NCBI GenBank assembly: GCA_050248855.1
Contig: JBFWRP010000012.1
Span: 61,156-125,155 of the forward strand
Source of the DNA: Planctomycetota bacterium
Lineage (GTDB): Bacteria > Planctomycetota > PLA2 > JAEUHO01
Direction: 5' to 3'
DNA length: 64,000 nucleotides
This document shows, in pieces, positions 18,533-27,634 of this stretch (position 1 is its first letter; each line of letters starts with the position of its first letter). A program made the translations under genes and the position numbers. The notes beneath the pieces are model-generated. The model had not been told where the DNA came from, ran no database searches, and saw only the letters and a program-made list of their open reading frames with translations.

Positions 18533-19911
18533 GGCTTCTTCTTCCCGCGCGCCTTGTGCCCGGGGGGCGTTGCGCCGACGCGCTCGGCCTTCCGGCCCGT
18601 TGCGGTTTCCCACCGCTCAACGATCACGTCGCAGTACGCGGGGTCGAGTTCCATGAGGAACCCGCGGCGGTCCAGCTGCTCACAGGCCATGAGCGTCGAG
18701 CCCGAACCACCGAAGAGGTCGAGCACGTTCTCACCAGCCTTCGAGGAGTACTGGATGGCACGCGCCGCCAACTCGACGGGCTTCTCCGTGAGGTGCACCA
18801 TCTTCTGCGGCGTGACCTTCTTCACGACCCAGAGGTCCGGCACGTTGGCCGGGCCGTAGAACACGTGCGCGGCGCCTTCTTTCCAGCAGTAGAAGCACCA
18901 CTCGTGCGCGCCCATGAAGTCCTTGCGCGTGAGCACGGGGTGCTGCTTGTCCCAGATGATGGTCTGCGAGAAGTAGAGCCCCGCCTCGCGCAGCGCCGGC
19001 GGGTAGTTGGACACGTTGGCGTAGCCGCCCCAGATGTAGGCCGCGCGGCCCGGCACCAGGACGCGCGAGGCGTTCCCGAACCAGGCGCGGAGCATCCCTT
19101 CGAAGGCCTCGTCGGTGACGAAGTCGTTCGCGAGCGGGCGGTCCTTCGCGCGCATCTTGCGCGTCGTGGGCTTGGACTTGCCCGGGTGACGCGCGAGGTC
19201 GAGCGCCTGGTGGTGGCGCTTCTCGGGCGCGGAGAACGACGAGAGCCCGGCGCGGATCGCGTTGTTCGAGCGCGGCTCGACTTTCACGTTGTAGGGCGGG
19301 TCGGTGTTGAGCAGGTGCACGGGCGCGCCGGCGAGCAGGCGGTCGAGGTCGGCCGGGCTCCCCGAGTCACCGCAGAGCAGCCGGTGATTCCCCAGGACGA
19401 TGAGGTCACCAGGCTTCGTGACCGGGTCGTCAGGGGGCTCGGGGACCGGGTCCTCCACGACGTCGCCGGCGACCTGCGGGAACAGCTTCTCCAGGTCGCC
19501 ACGGAGGCCCGAGAGGAGCAGCGCCTCGCCGAGGTCGGGCAGCGCGCCGACGACCTCCTCGAGCAGCCCGAGCGCGTCGGCGGTCCACTCGCCGGAGATC
19601 CGCGGCGAGTTCAGCGCGAGGTTGAGCGCCTTCTCCTCGGCCTCCTCGACGTCGATGACCACGACGTCGGTGGCCTCGACGCCCCTGGCCTCCAGCACCT
19701 TCAGGCGCTGGTGGCCGCCGACCACGTTGCCCGTGCGCGCGTTCACGATGATCGGCTGCACGAGGCCGAAGCGACCGATGGACTCGCCGAGGCCAGCGAG
19801 CGCAGCGTCGGAGATCGTCCGGGGGTTGTAGCCGGCCGGCACGAGGTCGGCGACGCGGCGAGTCTCCAGGCGCACGCGGCCGAGAGCGTTGGGGTCAGTC
19901 TTGGCGACCAT
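18529..19911 (-). CDS. ParB-like N-terminal domain fused to DNA (N6A/N4C) methyltransferase
   Basis: YNPR and VVGGHQR (ParB); HRLLCGDS, TDPPYN, HLTEKP and VLDLFGGSGST (methyltransferase). Confidence 0.93.
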   Translation of the reverse strand: MVAKTDPNALGRVRLETRRVADLVPAGYNPRTISDAALAGLGESIGRFGLVQPIIVNARTGNVVGGHQRLKVLEARGVEATDVVVIDVEEAEEKALNLALNSPRISGEWTADALGLLEEVVGALPDLGEALLLSGLRGDLEKLFPQVAGDVVEDPVPEPPDDPVTKPGDLIVLGNHRLLCGDSGSPADLDRLLAGAPVHLLNTDPPYNVKVEPRSNNAIRAGLSSFSAPEKRHHQALDLARHPGKSKPTTRKMRAKDRPLANDFVTDEAFEGMLRAWFGNASRVLVPGRAAYIWGGYANVSNYPPALREAGLYFSQTIIWDKQHPVLTRKDFMGAHEWCFYCWKEGAAHVFYGPANVPDLWVVKKVTPQKMVHLTEKPVELAARAIQYSSKAGENVLDLFGGSGSTLMACEQLDRRGFLMELDPAYCDVIVERWETATGRKAERVGATPPGHKARGKKKP

Positions 19912-20125
19912 CGGGATCTCCTGAGAGCACGGGCTCTGCGAGCCAGGCCGAGAGCGCAGAGCGCACGGCCGCGACGCCCCGGTGCGCGGCGAGGCGGTCC
20001 AGGAACGGGCCGATCGAGTCGCCGTCGAGGGGGTCTCGCGTGAACACGGGCGCGAGGGCCTTGCGGCACGGACGCGCCTCCGGGTGGCCGGCCCATGCGT
20101 TTCGGTCGGCTTCGCGGGCGGTCAC
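19895..20125 (-). CDS. Small hypothetical protein
   Basis: GTG overlaps the Phd stop; fills the gap to the methylase. Confidence 0.45.
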   Translation of the reverse strand: MTAREADRNAWAGHPEARPCRKALAPVFTRDPLDGDSIGPFLDRLAAHRGVAAVRSALSAWLAEPVLSGDPDGRQD

Positions 20126-20367
20126 GGGGGCGCCTCCGTGGTGGGGCCGGGGAGCCGGGCCGCCACCTGCGCGGGCCCGGGGAGCACACGGTCGAGGAGG
20201 TCGAGGGCCTCCAGCGCCTCGACGGGGACCACGGCGGCCACCGGGCGCCCGTGCCGCGTGATGACGACCCGGGCACGGTCCTCCTCGACGGCGCGGACCA
20301 CGGCACGCAGCGTCGCCCGCAGGCGCCGGACGGAGACGGCCAGGGGGGGCAGCGCGGCGGGGCTCAT
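20122..20367 (-). CDS. Phd/YefM-family antitoxin-like protein
   Basis: VSVRRLRATL...VVITRHGRPVAAVVP signature. Confidence 0.85.
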   Translation of the reverse strand: MSPAALPPLAVSVRRLRATLRAVVRAVEEDRARVVITRHGRPVAAVVPVEALEALDLLDRVLPGPAQVAARLPGPTTEAPP

Positions 20368-20849
20368 GCGTACACATCGCCGTCGTCGCCCGCGGAGTGT
20401 GTACGCGGTCCGTCCGAAGAATCAGGGCTCTGCCGGCCGTTCCGCAGGTTCGCCCGATCCCGTGAAAAAAGCGACACGCCCCCACGCGCGCTCGGGCGCC
20501 CCTCGGCGTGAGAGCTCGAATCCCCCCCCATCCGCCGCCGATCGGACGCCGATTTGCGTGCGTGGCACGCGGTGCAGAGGGGCTGGAGGTTGGACCGCAC
20601 GTAGGCGAGGTGGGGCGCAACGGACAGCGGGACGATGTGGTCGACCTGCTTGGCGGGCTCGGTCAGGCCATGCCGTGCACACGGACGGCAGACTGGCTCG
20701 TCGCGTAGGACGCGCGCACGCACGGCCTGCCAGCGCACGGAGCCGTGGATGCGAGCTACGACCGGGTCGCGGCGGGTGCGGTTGTACTCGGCGTCGCCAT
20801 GGCGGCGGCTACGGAGGATCCCAGCAAGCGTGCGCGGCTTCGAAGGCAT
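20364..20849 (-). CDS. Phage HNH endonuclease (packaging-associated)
   Basis: RW..VRARVL...PVCRPC, VDHIVP and NLQPLCTACH motifs. Confidence 0.92.
   Translation of the reverse strand: MPSKPRTLAGILRSRRHGDAEYNRTRRDPVVARIHGSVRWQAVRARVLRDEPVCRPCARHGLTEPAKQVDHIVPLSVAPHLAYVRSNLQPLCTACHARKSASDRRRMGGDSSSHAEGRPSARGGVSLFSRDRANLRNGRQSPDSSDGPRTHSAGDDGDVYA
20440..20535 (-). other. Candidate cos/packaging site region
   Basis: G-run, GC-rich inverted stretch and T-run (GGGGGGGATTCGAG...GCGCGCG...TTTTTTCAC) right after the HNH core and upstream of terS, the usual cos position. Confidence 0.4.
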
Positions 20850-20938
20850 GGTGCCTCGGGGCGCGCCCGCTGGGATGAGCGCGAACCAATTCTACCATAA
20901 CTACGCGCTACAAGCAGTTCCCGCTGGCAACGCGTCGC

Positions 20939-22399
20939 CTATCGCCCAGCGTCCACCGTGGGATCGTCGGGCAGTGCGATATCGCCTCGCGGCATCGGGT
21001 GGCCCGGCTGGCACGTTGCCCGCGTCAAGCGTTCCGCATACTGAAACTGTGGGTCGAACTTTCCGAAGTGGCAAGCGACACACCTACTGGCAACGGGCGC
21101 CTCACGGGTGCGAATGAGTGGATCCCGCGCATGTGCCTCTCCTGGGCCGTGGCACGATTCGCAGCCTACGCCGCGGAGATGTGGCGGGGATGGCCCAGGC
21201 AGGAGGCCAGGAGTTGTCTCGCCGAGATCTGCTGTAACATGGCAGGCGTAGCAGTCCGGCCGGCCATCCTTGCCCAAGTTCGCCAGCGTCTCCATAGCGC
21301 TCGCGTGCTTCGTCGAGTTCCAGACTTCGCCCTCAGTTTGGTGACACTGTATGCACGTATCAGAACCGACGAATCCGTGATACTCGCGACCGCGGTGGTC
21401 AACCTTCGAGCGAAGCGAGATCATGTACTGCGCCAACCATAGCATCCCGACATCCTCGGTCGGGGCGCCCGGGATATCTACGAGCGAGCTTGCATCGAGA
21501 ACCCATGACGTGGTCAGCGGGACCACACCGACAGTCGAGGCATGCGTGGCAACGGGACCGGTCAAGCCATTGGGGTACTGCGCCGCACCGCGGTGGCCTG
21601 CCATCCTGAGACTGAGCCATACGAGTTGCCGCCCGATCGACTCTGTACGAACTACCACACCCTCGCCCAGTGTCGCCAAGCCAAGTCTCGTCTGCGCACC
21701 ATAGTTCACGTCGATGACCACGACTCCCGCGCCCGACATCGAAGCCAACTTGAGCAGGCGGCGGCGTACAATCCCTTTTGCATGTAGGACAAGAACGCCA
21801 ACCCGGTCCTCCGCACGGAGTTCTGTCAGCCACCTACTTAGCGGTTCCTCTGGCGCCATGACATTCGCGTGGCCTGCCTCAACTACGGACGTGACCCACA
21901 CGCCTCGAGTTTCGCGCCATCGCGGAATGCCCCGCTCGGGGCCATCGCGGAGGTTGAGACACGCCATGGGCAGGCCGATGCTGGCCAATTGCTCTGCTCG
22001 AGGGATCTCGTTGGGGCCTACGCACACAACGGCACAGCGTTCAATTCGAAACAGCCGTACCATCGCGTCAAGCACAACCGCGTCCCACGGACCGTCCCCA
22101 CCTGCCAGCCAGTTTCCGCCTTCGACGACGACAAGGTCATCGCTGCCGCCACGGAGGCCCTCAATGACACTCAGCCGACTCGCGCCGCCTCCCGAGCGAC
22201 TGCCCCCGCAGCCGCACGGCTCCGCGGCGCCACTCATGGAGTGTGCCACAACTAACTGAACGCGGCTACCGCTCGCCAGCGAGCCCGAGCTGCCGCAACC
22301 GGAAGGGAACGCAAACCACGCGGCACACGCGAGGCCCGCCACTACCAACGCGCGGCGGAGCAGCGCGCGGGGGCCAGCCGCTCTAGCGTTCGCCAGCAC
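20939..22399 (-). CDS. UshA/5'-nucleotidase-like N-domain fused to tetraheme cytochrome c (c554-like); start uncertain, could extend to 22459
   Basis: SGAAEPCGC...GG..R, VVEGGNW and VGPNE; four CxxCH motifs (CIQCH, CYACH, CESCH, CVACH). Confidence 0.85.
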   Translation of the reverse strand: MLANARAAGPRALLRRALVVAGLACAAWFAFPSGCGSSGSLASGSRVQLVVAHSMSGAAEPCGCGGSRSGGGASRLSVIEGLRGGSDDLVVVEGGNWLAGGDGPWDAVVLDAMVRLFRIERCAVVCVGPNEIPRAEQLASIGLPMACLNLRDGPERGIPRWRETRGVWVTSVVEAGHANVMAPEEPLSRWLTELRAEDRVGVLVLHAKGIVRRRLLKLASMSGAGVVVIDVNYGAQTRLGLATLGEGVVVRTESIGRQLVWLSLRMAGHRGAAQYPNGLTGPVATHASTVGVVPLTTSWVLDASSLVDIPGAPTEDVGMLWLAQYMISLRSKVDHRGREYHGFVGSDTCIQCHQTEGEVWNSTKHASAMETLANLGKDGRPDCYACHVTADLGETTPGLLPGPSPPHLRGVGCESCHGPGEAHARDPLIRTREAPVASRCVACHFGKFDPQFQYAERLTRATCQPGHPMPRGDIALPDDPTVDAGR

Positions 22400-23777
22400 G
22401 GGCGCGATCCAACGCGCGCTTCGCCAACGCGGCGATTCGCGGTGATGAACTGTGAGCAAGTCGATTCAACTCTTGCTCCGTGCCAGCGACAGGGCGCTCC
22501 AGCAAGAAGCGCAGCAGCGCGTCCAGCCCAAGTTCGGGCTCGCTGCCGACTGCAAGTGCTCTCAGCCCCATGACGTACAACTCTGCGGCACGCTCCTCGT
22601 CCTCGGGATGTCGCGCGAGCACGTTGCGAACCGCGCTGAAGTAACTGATCGTCAGGAGGATGTCCTCGTGGGACGCCGGTACACGATCCGGTGTGATCGG
22701 AGACGCACGCTCGAGCACATCCAACCCAGTGACGTTCCCCAGATTCACGAGTGCAGTCCTTGCCACATCCGGGCTCTCTTCGTCGTTACAGAGAGCGCGT
22801 AGCCGTGCGACTGCCTTGAGATCGCCATCGCTCGCACCGCCGAGGCTCATGGCCAGATACATACCCGCCCCCCTGCGCATCGGGTCGTCAGCCCGAGTGT
22901 GCAGGGAATCGATCCACGCCTCGCGTTGCTCTGGCGAACTCGAACTCATCCACTGGATCGTCGCAGACCCCAAGAATGCTAGTCCATCAGCGGTTCCGGA
23001 ATCCCGCACCTCCTGAAACTCCGCGGCGACATCCATCGCAGTCTCCGCCAGCGCCCTTGCCGAGGCCGCATCCCGTGTCATAGCCTCCAACACTGCCGGG
23101 AAGAGAGTCGAGATTGTTCGTCGCTCTAGCCACAGTGGCAGCGCGGCACGCACTGCCGCTTGGGCCAAGGCCGGATTCACCTTCAGTAGTGCATCTAGAC
23201 TCCGGGCGACCTGCGCCGCCGTGCTTGCGGAGGTCAGCGCCTCGCGAAGTGCCGTCAACTCGCTGCTGGGCCAGTCCCCCAGTCTGGCGACTAGCTGGTG
23301 GTGCGGATTGGAGGCCGCTCGCTTGAGTGCCTCTGCAGCGTAACTGCCGTACTGCGCGGCGAACGCCGGCGGAGGACTATCCAGTCGGAGCAAGAACTGC
23401 TCGACCAAGAAGACGTTTCGGACCTCCGAGTCGTCTCGTCCTAAGTCTTGCTGGAGTCGCTCCAGCAGCAGCGTGCACGCTCGCACGCGGTGGACGACTC
23501 CCAATCGAATCCTCTCCTCCAACTCGATGGCGGCCTCGGATCCGTCCGAAGTCGAGCCTATCAGCAAGGAGAGAAGATCGACCAGATCCCTCGCACCAGA
23601 TCGAGGCCGCGATCCAACAAGCACAGGGTCCAGGGCTCCGGCGGCGCGGCCGTGCTCAGCCCGGCCCTCCATCCCGTCGATCGCCCCGCCGCCCGGGGCG
23701 CGGCGCCCACGCGATGTGAACGCGACGACACCAACTACGAGAACTAGCAGCAGCAAGGCTACCACCCTGATCTTCAT
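22383..23777 (-). CDS. Membrane-anchored alpha-helical (HEAT-like) hypothetical protein
   Basis: N-terminal TM MKIRVVALLLLVLVVGVV; Ala/Leu-rich helical repeats such as DEESPDVARTALVNLG. Confidence 0.7.
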   Translation of the reverse strand: MKIRVVALLLLVLVVGVVAFTSRGRRAPGGGAIDGMEGRAEHGRAAGALDPVLVGSRPRSGARDLVDLLSLLIGSTSDGSEAAIELEERIRLGVVHRVRACTLLLERLQQDLGRDDSEVRNVFLVEQFLLRLDSPPPAFAAQYGSYAAEALKRAASNPHHQLVARLGDWPSSELTALREALTSASTAAQVARSLDALLKVNPALAQAAVRAALPLWLERRTISTLFPAVLEAMTRDAASARALAETAMDVAAEFQEVRDSGTADGLAFLGSATIQWMSSSSPEQREAWIDSLHTRADDPMRRGAGMYLAMSLGGASDGDLKAVARLRALCNDEESPDVARTALVNLGNVTGLDVLERASPITPDRVPASHEDILLTISYFSAVRNVLARHPEDEERAAELYVMGLRALAVGSEPELGLDALLRFLLERPVAGTEQELNRLAHSSSPRIAALAKRALDRARAGER

Positions 23778-23850
23778 AGGGGCTCCATCGCACGCATCGC
23801 ACAGCCAGCCACGCCCGAGGCGAACGGGAACGGACGAGGACGCGCAGGAG

Positions 23851-24291
23851 TCACTCCACCGCGAAGAAGTCCGGCGTTTGGGCACACTCGTCGCAACCAC
23901 CCTGACCACCCTGGCAGTTCACCGTGATCCTCACGAACCCGGGCTGACCGAAGTAGAGACGGGCGCCTGCGGTGCACTTCGTATCACCCGGGCTTTGGGG
24001 GTCCGGCTGGCAACTGAAGGGCTGCGTGTAGGGCTGCTGCGACTGCCACACACAGCACTTGCATGACATGATGATGCACTGCTGCTGCGCGGGGTTGGGG
24101 GGGTTGTACGTGGCCACGTACCCGCAGGGTTCGTTGTTCGTGCACTTCGTTGTGGTCGGAGTGGTGGATACCGATCCCGTGCCGGTCGCGGCCATGTTTT
24201 GGCAATCTTCTGCGGCGACCGAGCGGAGCGTCAGGCTGGCGGCGGACACCAGGGTCACTGCGATCCCGATGGAGTAGATCACGCTCTTCAT
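23851..24291 (-). CDS. Secreted 12-Cys small protein
   Basis: AGGAG RBS; signal peptide ending VAA; 12 Cys in ~120-aa mature part. Confidence 0.8.
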   Translation of the reverse strand: MKSVIYSIGIAVTLVSAASLTLRSVAAEDCQNMAATGTGSVSTTPTTTKCTNNEPCGYVATYNPPNPAQQQCIIMSCKCCVWQSQQPYTQPFSCQPDPQSPGDTKCTAGARLYFGQPGFVRITVNCQGGQGGCDECAQTPDFFAVE

Positions 24292-24446
24292 GCTGCTCTC
24301 CTGTAGTCGATGACCGGACGGTCCGGCCTGTCTAGCCGCATACTAGCACGCCGCGCTTGGACTCTCGCACCATCATCACGGTCCGCGTCACGCTAACAAC
24401 ACCTTCACATCTCCGGCAGGCGGCGTACTCGGGCCTGCGCGGCAGC

Positions 24447-24548
24447 CGTCTCCCGAAGGGTCGCATTGGCTCCCAGAGGGGGTAAACACATCTGGCCGCG
24501 CCTGCCCTGCCACGTCTCCCGAAGGGTCGCATTGGCTCCCAGAGGGGG
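24447..24548. repeat. Two identical 36-bp direct repeats separated by 30 bp
   Basis: CGTCTCCCGAAGGGTCGCATTGGCTCCCAGAGGGGG at 24447-24482 and 24513-24548. Confidence 0.9.
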
Positions 24549-24997
24549 AGGCCTCGGCCGGCAGGCCGCTTCAAGACGGACGACCGGTCCCGCGCGGGCT
24601 GGCCGGCCCGCTGCAAGGCGGGCCGATGCCGTCAGCGTCCACCGCGCCCAATCCCAGTGCCCGACTTCCGGTGGCGGGGCGTCACCGCACCCCACGCTGC
24701 GCGAGCCGCCACCCGTCCGGGCCCGCTGCAGCATTCATCACCGCGCGGCCTACGGTGAAGTAGCGTGCGGCGTCGAAGGCATCGTGCCTCGGCTCGCGCC
24801 AATTGTAATCAGCCAACCACGGCCTGGCTGCTGCTGTGCTGGGCGTCGCGCACCCAGACTCGGGACCCGGGCAGGGCGCGTGGTGGGGTCTTGTGGCAGT
24901 GCACATCGGACTTGCGACTCAATCGAGGTGCGAGTACAAGGAACTACGGCGTGAATGACCGACACTGATCGCGATCGATCGAGATGAAGAAGGACGT

Positions 24998-25685
24998 ATG
25001 CGGGAACACAACTTGGCACCTAGGCTCTCGTCGCACCTCGTGAGCGGCGGGAGCGTGCGCCGCTGTGTCTCACTCGTCTTGGTCGCCGCGTGGGCGATGG
25101 CACTCGTCGCTCCGGCGGCTCAAGCGGACGAGTGTGACGCCTTGCTGCGATACGGGATCCGCGACGAGTACGACACACTGAGTGTGCGTCAGCACAGCAG
25201 GCAGGTCCGAGACTTCGTTCACCGGTCAGAGGCCACTACGTGGGAGGAACTTGTCCAGGAGGGTTCAAGTCTCGGCATTAGCATTGAGGGTATCGGCGGC
25301 TTGAGTTTCGGTGGTCACGACGCGCGCAGGTCCTTCAGCGAGTGGAAGTTCTCATACCTCGCCATGACCGACGAGGAGTTGCAGCAGTACGACAGCTATT
25401 CAGTGCGCGCGCGAACCGTTAGCCGTGAGTTTCGTCTCCATAGATCCGACGCAGCCTGATGTCCTTGCCGGTCCGAAGCCGGGACTTGCAGTGCCTTTGA
25501 TCCCGACCGCTCGGCAGTTCGCGCTGGCGAAAGCTGATCACCTCTCGAACATCTACTGGGTGCTGAGCGTCGGACGCGACACGATGCGTGGATACTATCT
25601 CAAACTCAACGGTGCGCCACCCGGGACCCAGATGACCCAACCCGTCATCTACGGGGTTATCCACTGGCGACGGCTGCCGAACTGA
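24998..25685 (+). pseudogene. Secreted protein gene apparently split into two overlapping frames (24998-25459 and 25425-25685)
   Basis: Signal peptide ...APAAQA-DECDALL; first frame ends shortly after the protein-like second frame begins. Confidence 0.4.
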
Positions 25686-25937
25686 CGGCGATCGTCGGGG
25701 TGGCTGGGGGCCGCGCGACCTACGTTGAGGGGCCTTCTCTGTCGGGCCGCGGCGGATGCTCTGCTGCACTGGGGGCGTGCTTCGCGCGATGGAGCAGCCG
25801 GTGGCCCCCGGCCTCTATGCCTTCGCCGTTGCCCGCCCGGCGTGTTGTGCGCCAGGACTCTCCCCTTGGAGCGCAGACCGGATCTCTCCGATCGTCACGT
25901 GCGCGTGCAGCGGCCAGTATCACACCGTCCAGCCGCC

Positions 25938-26399
25938 CTATTGGAGTTCGTGGGCGGTCACGACCGCGCTGCCGTCGCGCAACTCGACATCGGTCGTGAG
26001 CCCAGCGGCCTCCATCGCGACCGCGACGACGCCCGCCGCACGGAGGTCGGCCTCCTCGTCGCCCACGCCCTCTCCCACCTCGATGACCACGTGGCCATCG
26101 TCCAGCGGATGGCAGACCGCCGCGAAGCCAGGCGCCTCGGGGTTCCTGTCGAAGGCGCGGCACACGGCGCCCGCCGTGTCGCGCTCGACCTGCGTGATCC
26201 ACCCGCGTGCCGCGAGTTCGCGGAACGCGACGCGCACGGCGTCGAGCAGTGGATTGCCGAGCCGTAGGCGGAGATCGCCGAGCAGCGCCTCCGCTTCGGC
26301 CCGGTCCGCGCAGAGGCACGCCATGCCGTCGCCGACGACCCACGGGTTCCCATCCACCATCTCGATGCGCAGCGGACCCGTCATGGGCGGCACGTTCAT
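25938..26399 (-). CDS. Hypothetical phage protein
   Basis: ATGA-coupled to the upstream gene; protein-like composition. Confidence 0.6.
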   Translation of the reverse strand: MNVPPMTGPLRIEMVDGNPWVVGDGMACLCADRAEAEALLGDLRLRLGNPLLDAVRVAFRELAARGWITQVERDTAGAVCRAFDRNPEAPGFAAVCHPLDDGHVVIEVGEGVGDEEADLRAAGVVAVAMEAAGLTTDVELRDGSAVVTAHELQ

Positions 26400-26638
26400 C
26401 GGCCACCTCCGTCGCGAGCTCGCAGCAGCAGCGTGCGCGCCGCCTCGACGCTGCGCGTCAGCGATGCGAGCTGTGCGTCGTAGGCGGTGAGGATCCCCAC
26501 CGCCCCGAGCATGGCACGTTCGTCTAGCGCCGCGATGGCCTCCTCGGCCAGCTGCGCGATGGCGGCAGCCTCGTCGTGGGCGTCCACGAGCATGTGCCGC
26601 GCCGCGTCCATGAGCGTGCGCTCGGTGGCGGCGGTCAT
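26396..26638 (-). CDS. Hypothetical phage protein
   Basis: MTAATERTL...; ATGA overlap; GGAGG RBS. Confidence 0.6.
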   Translation of the reverse strand: MTAATERTLMDAARHMLVDAHDEAAAIAQLAEEAIAALDERAMLGAVGILTAYDAQLASLTRSVEAARTLLLRARDGGGR

Positions 26639-26904
26639 TGCGGGCCGCCTTCCACTTCGAGGTCGGCGCCCGTGATCTCGGTGCGCTTCTGCCAGTCGCG
26701 CTGCCCGGTCCAGACGCGCCCGTTGTAGGACACGCGAGCGATCGTCCTGTTCGCCGCGTTCCGCACGTCGGCGCTCTCCAGACCCCAGCCCGAGAAGCCG
26801 AGGTTGTTGCCGTCGAGGTACTCCCGGACGGCGCGGGAGGCGGCGGCGAGCGTGCCTACGCCCACCCACGTGCCCGGCGCGATGCGCACCTTGAGGGCGG
26901 TCAT
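26635..26904 (-). CDS. Hypothetical phage protein (ARVSYNGRVW type)
   Basis: TL..AS..VR.Y...ARVSYNGRVW motif, familiar from small mobile-element proteins; coupled ORF. Confidence 0.7.
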   Translation of the reverse strand: MTALKVRIAPGTWVGVGTLAAASRAVREYLDGNNLGFSGWGLESADVRNAANRTIARVSYNGRVWTGQRDWQKRTEITGADLEVEGGPQ

Positions 26905-27143
26905 CGCGCACCGCCCTTCGCGAGCGGCGCCCATACCGTGCGCATGGCGTGGTCGGCCGTCGGTGCGCGGAAGGCGCGGGCCGTGCGGCGTTCACGCTTG
27001 AAGGCCGCCACCGCGTCCACGTAGGCGGCCTGCTGTACGGTCGTCCGATTCGTCATGTCGCGGAGGCGTCGCGCGCACGCCAGCGTGCGGTCAGCAGCCG
27101 CGCGCTCGCACGCGCTCTGCATGGTCTCGGGGTGGCGCGTCAC
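26901..27143 (-). CDS. Hypothetical phage protein
   Basis: Coupled by 4-nt overlaps on both sides. Confidence 0.5.
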   Translation of the reverse strand: MTRHPETMQSACERAAADRTLACARRLRDMTNRTTVQQAAYVDAVAAFKRERRTARAFRAPTADHAMRTVWAPLAKGGAR

Positions 27144-27487
27144 TGTGCACCGCCCGTCGTCTTCGCGCGCGTCTGCAGGCCGAAGAACAGGAACCCGTTC
27201 CAGCTCGTGCCCGAGACCTCCTTCGCGATCGCAGAGAGGCTGCGCCAGGTCTTCCCCTCGTAGAGGAAGCCGGCGTCGAGGACCTGGACCTTCACCTCCT
27301 TGCCCTGGAACGTGCGGGTGAGGACCCCGCCGGGCCGGGGGAGGCGCGGGTCCCGCTCGCGCGGCGTCGAGGGGGCTGCCGCGGGCGCGGCCTCCTCCCT
27401 GGGCTGCGCCTTCGCCTTCGGGGCGGCCTTCTTCGCCGCCGCCTTCTTCCGGGCGGTCTTCTTCTTGCTGCTCTTCTTCTTGGCCAT
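27140..27487 (-). CDS. DUF2924-family protein with Lys-rich N-terminus
   Basis: RDPRLP.PG.VL.R.FQG, YEGK.WRSLSAIA..VSGTSWNG..FFGL. Confidence 0.88.
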   Translation of the reverse strand: MAKKKSSKKKTARKKAAAKKAAPKAKAQPREEAAPAAAPSTPRERDPRLPRPGGVLTRTFQGKEVKVQVLDAGFLYEGKTWRSLSAIAKEVSGTSWNGFLFFGLQTRAKTTGGAQ

Positions 27488-27634
27488 CGTCAGGGGTCTC
27501 CTTGCCGCGGGGGCTCTCCCCACCGCACGGGTCGCATCAGGGCTCTGGTCGGGGGGCACCTCAAGAGGATTCGACCGGCTCCGAAGCCCTGAAATCAGGG
27601 CCTCGGTGGCCGCTAGGGGCTTGGAAGGGGCCCC

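Noticed and set aside
18529..19911. Methyltransferase as part of a restriction-modification system
   Set aside because: ParB-MTase fusions next to terS are ordinary orphan phage genes; no cognate restriction enzyme seen
22190..22230. Selenocysteine in the EPCGC motif of the cytochrome
   Set aside because: Both positions are Cys codons in an open frame; no in-frame TGA
24447..24548. Calling the repeat pair a bona fide CRISPR array
   Set aside because: Only two repeats, no leader or cas genes, non-canonical ends; kept as a repeat and a hypothesis
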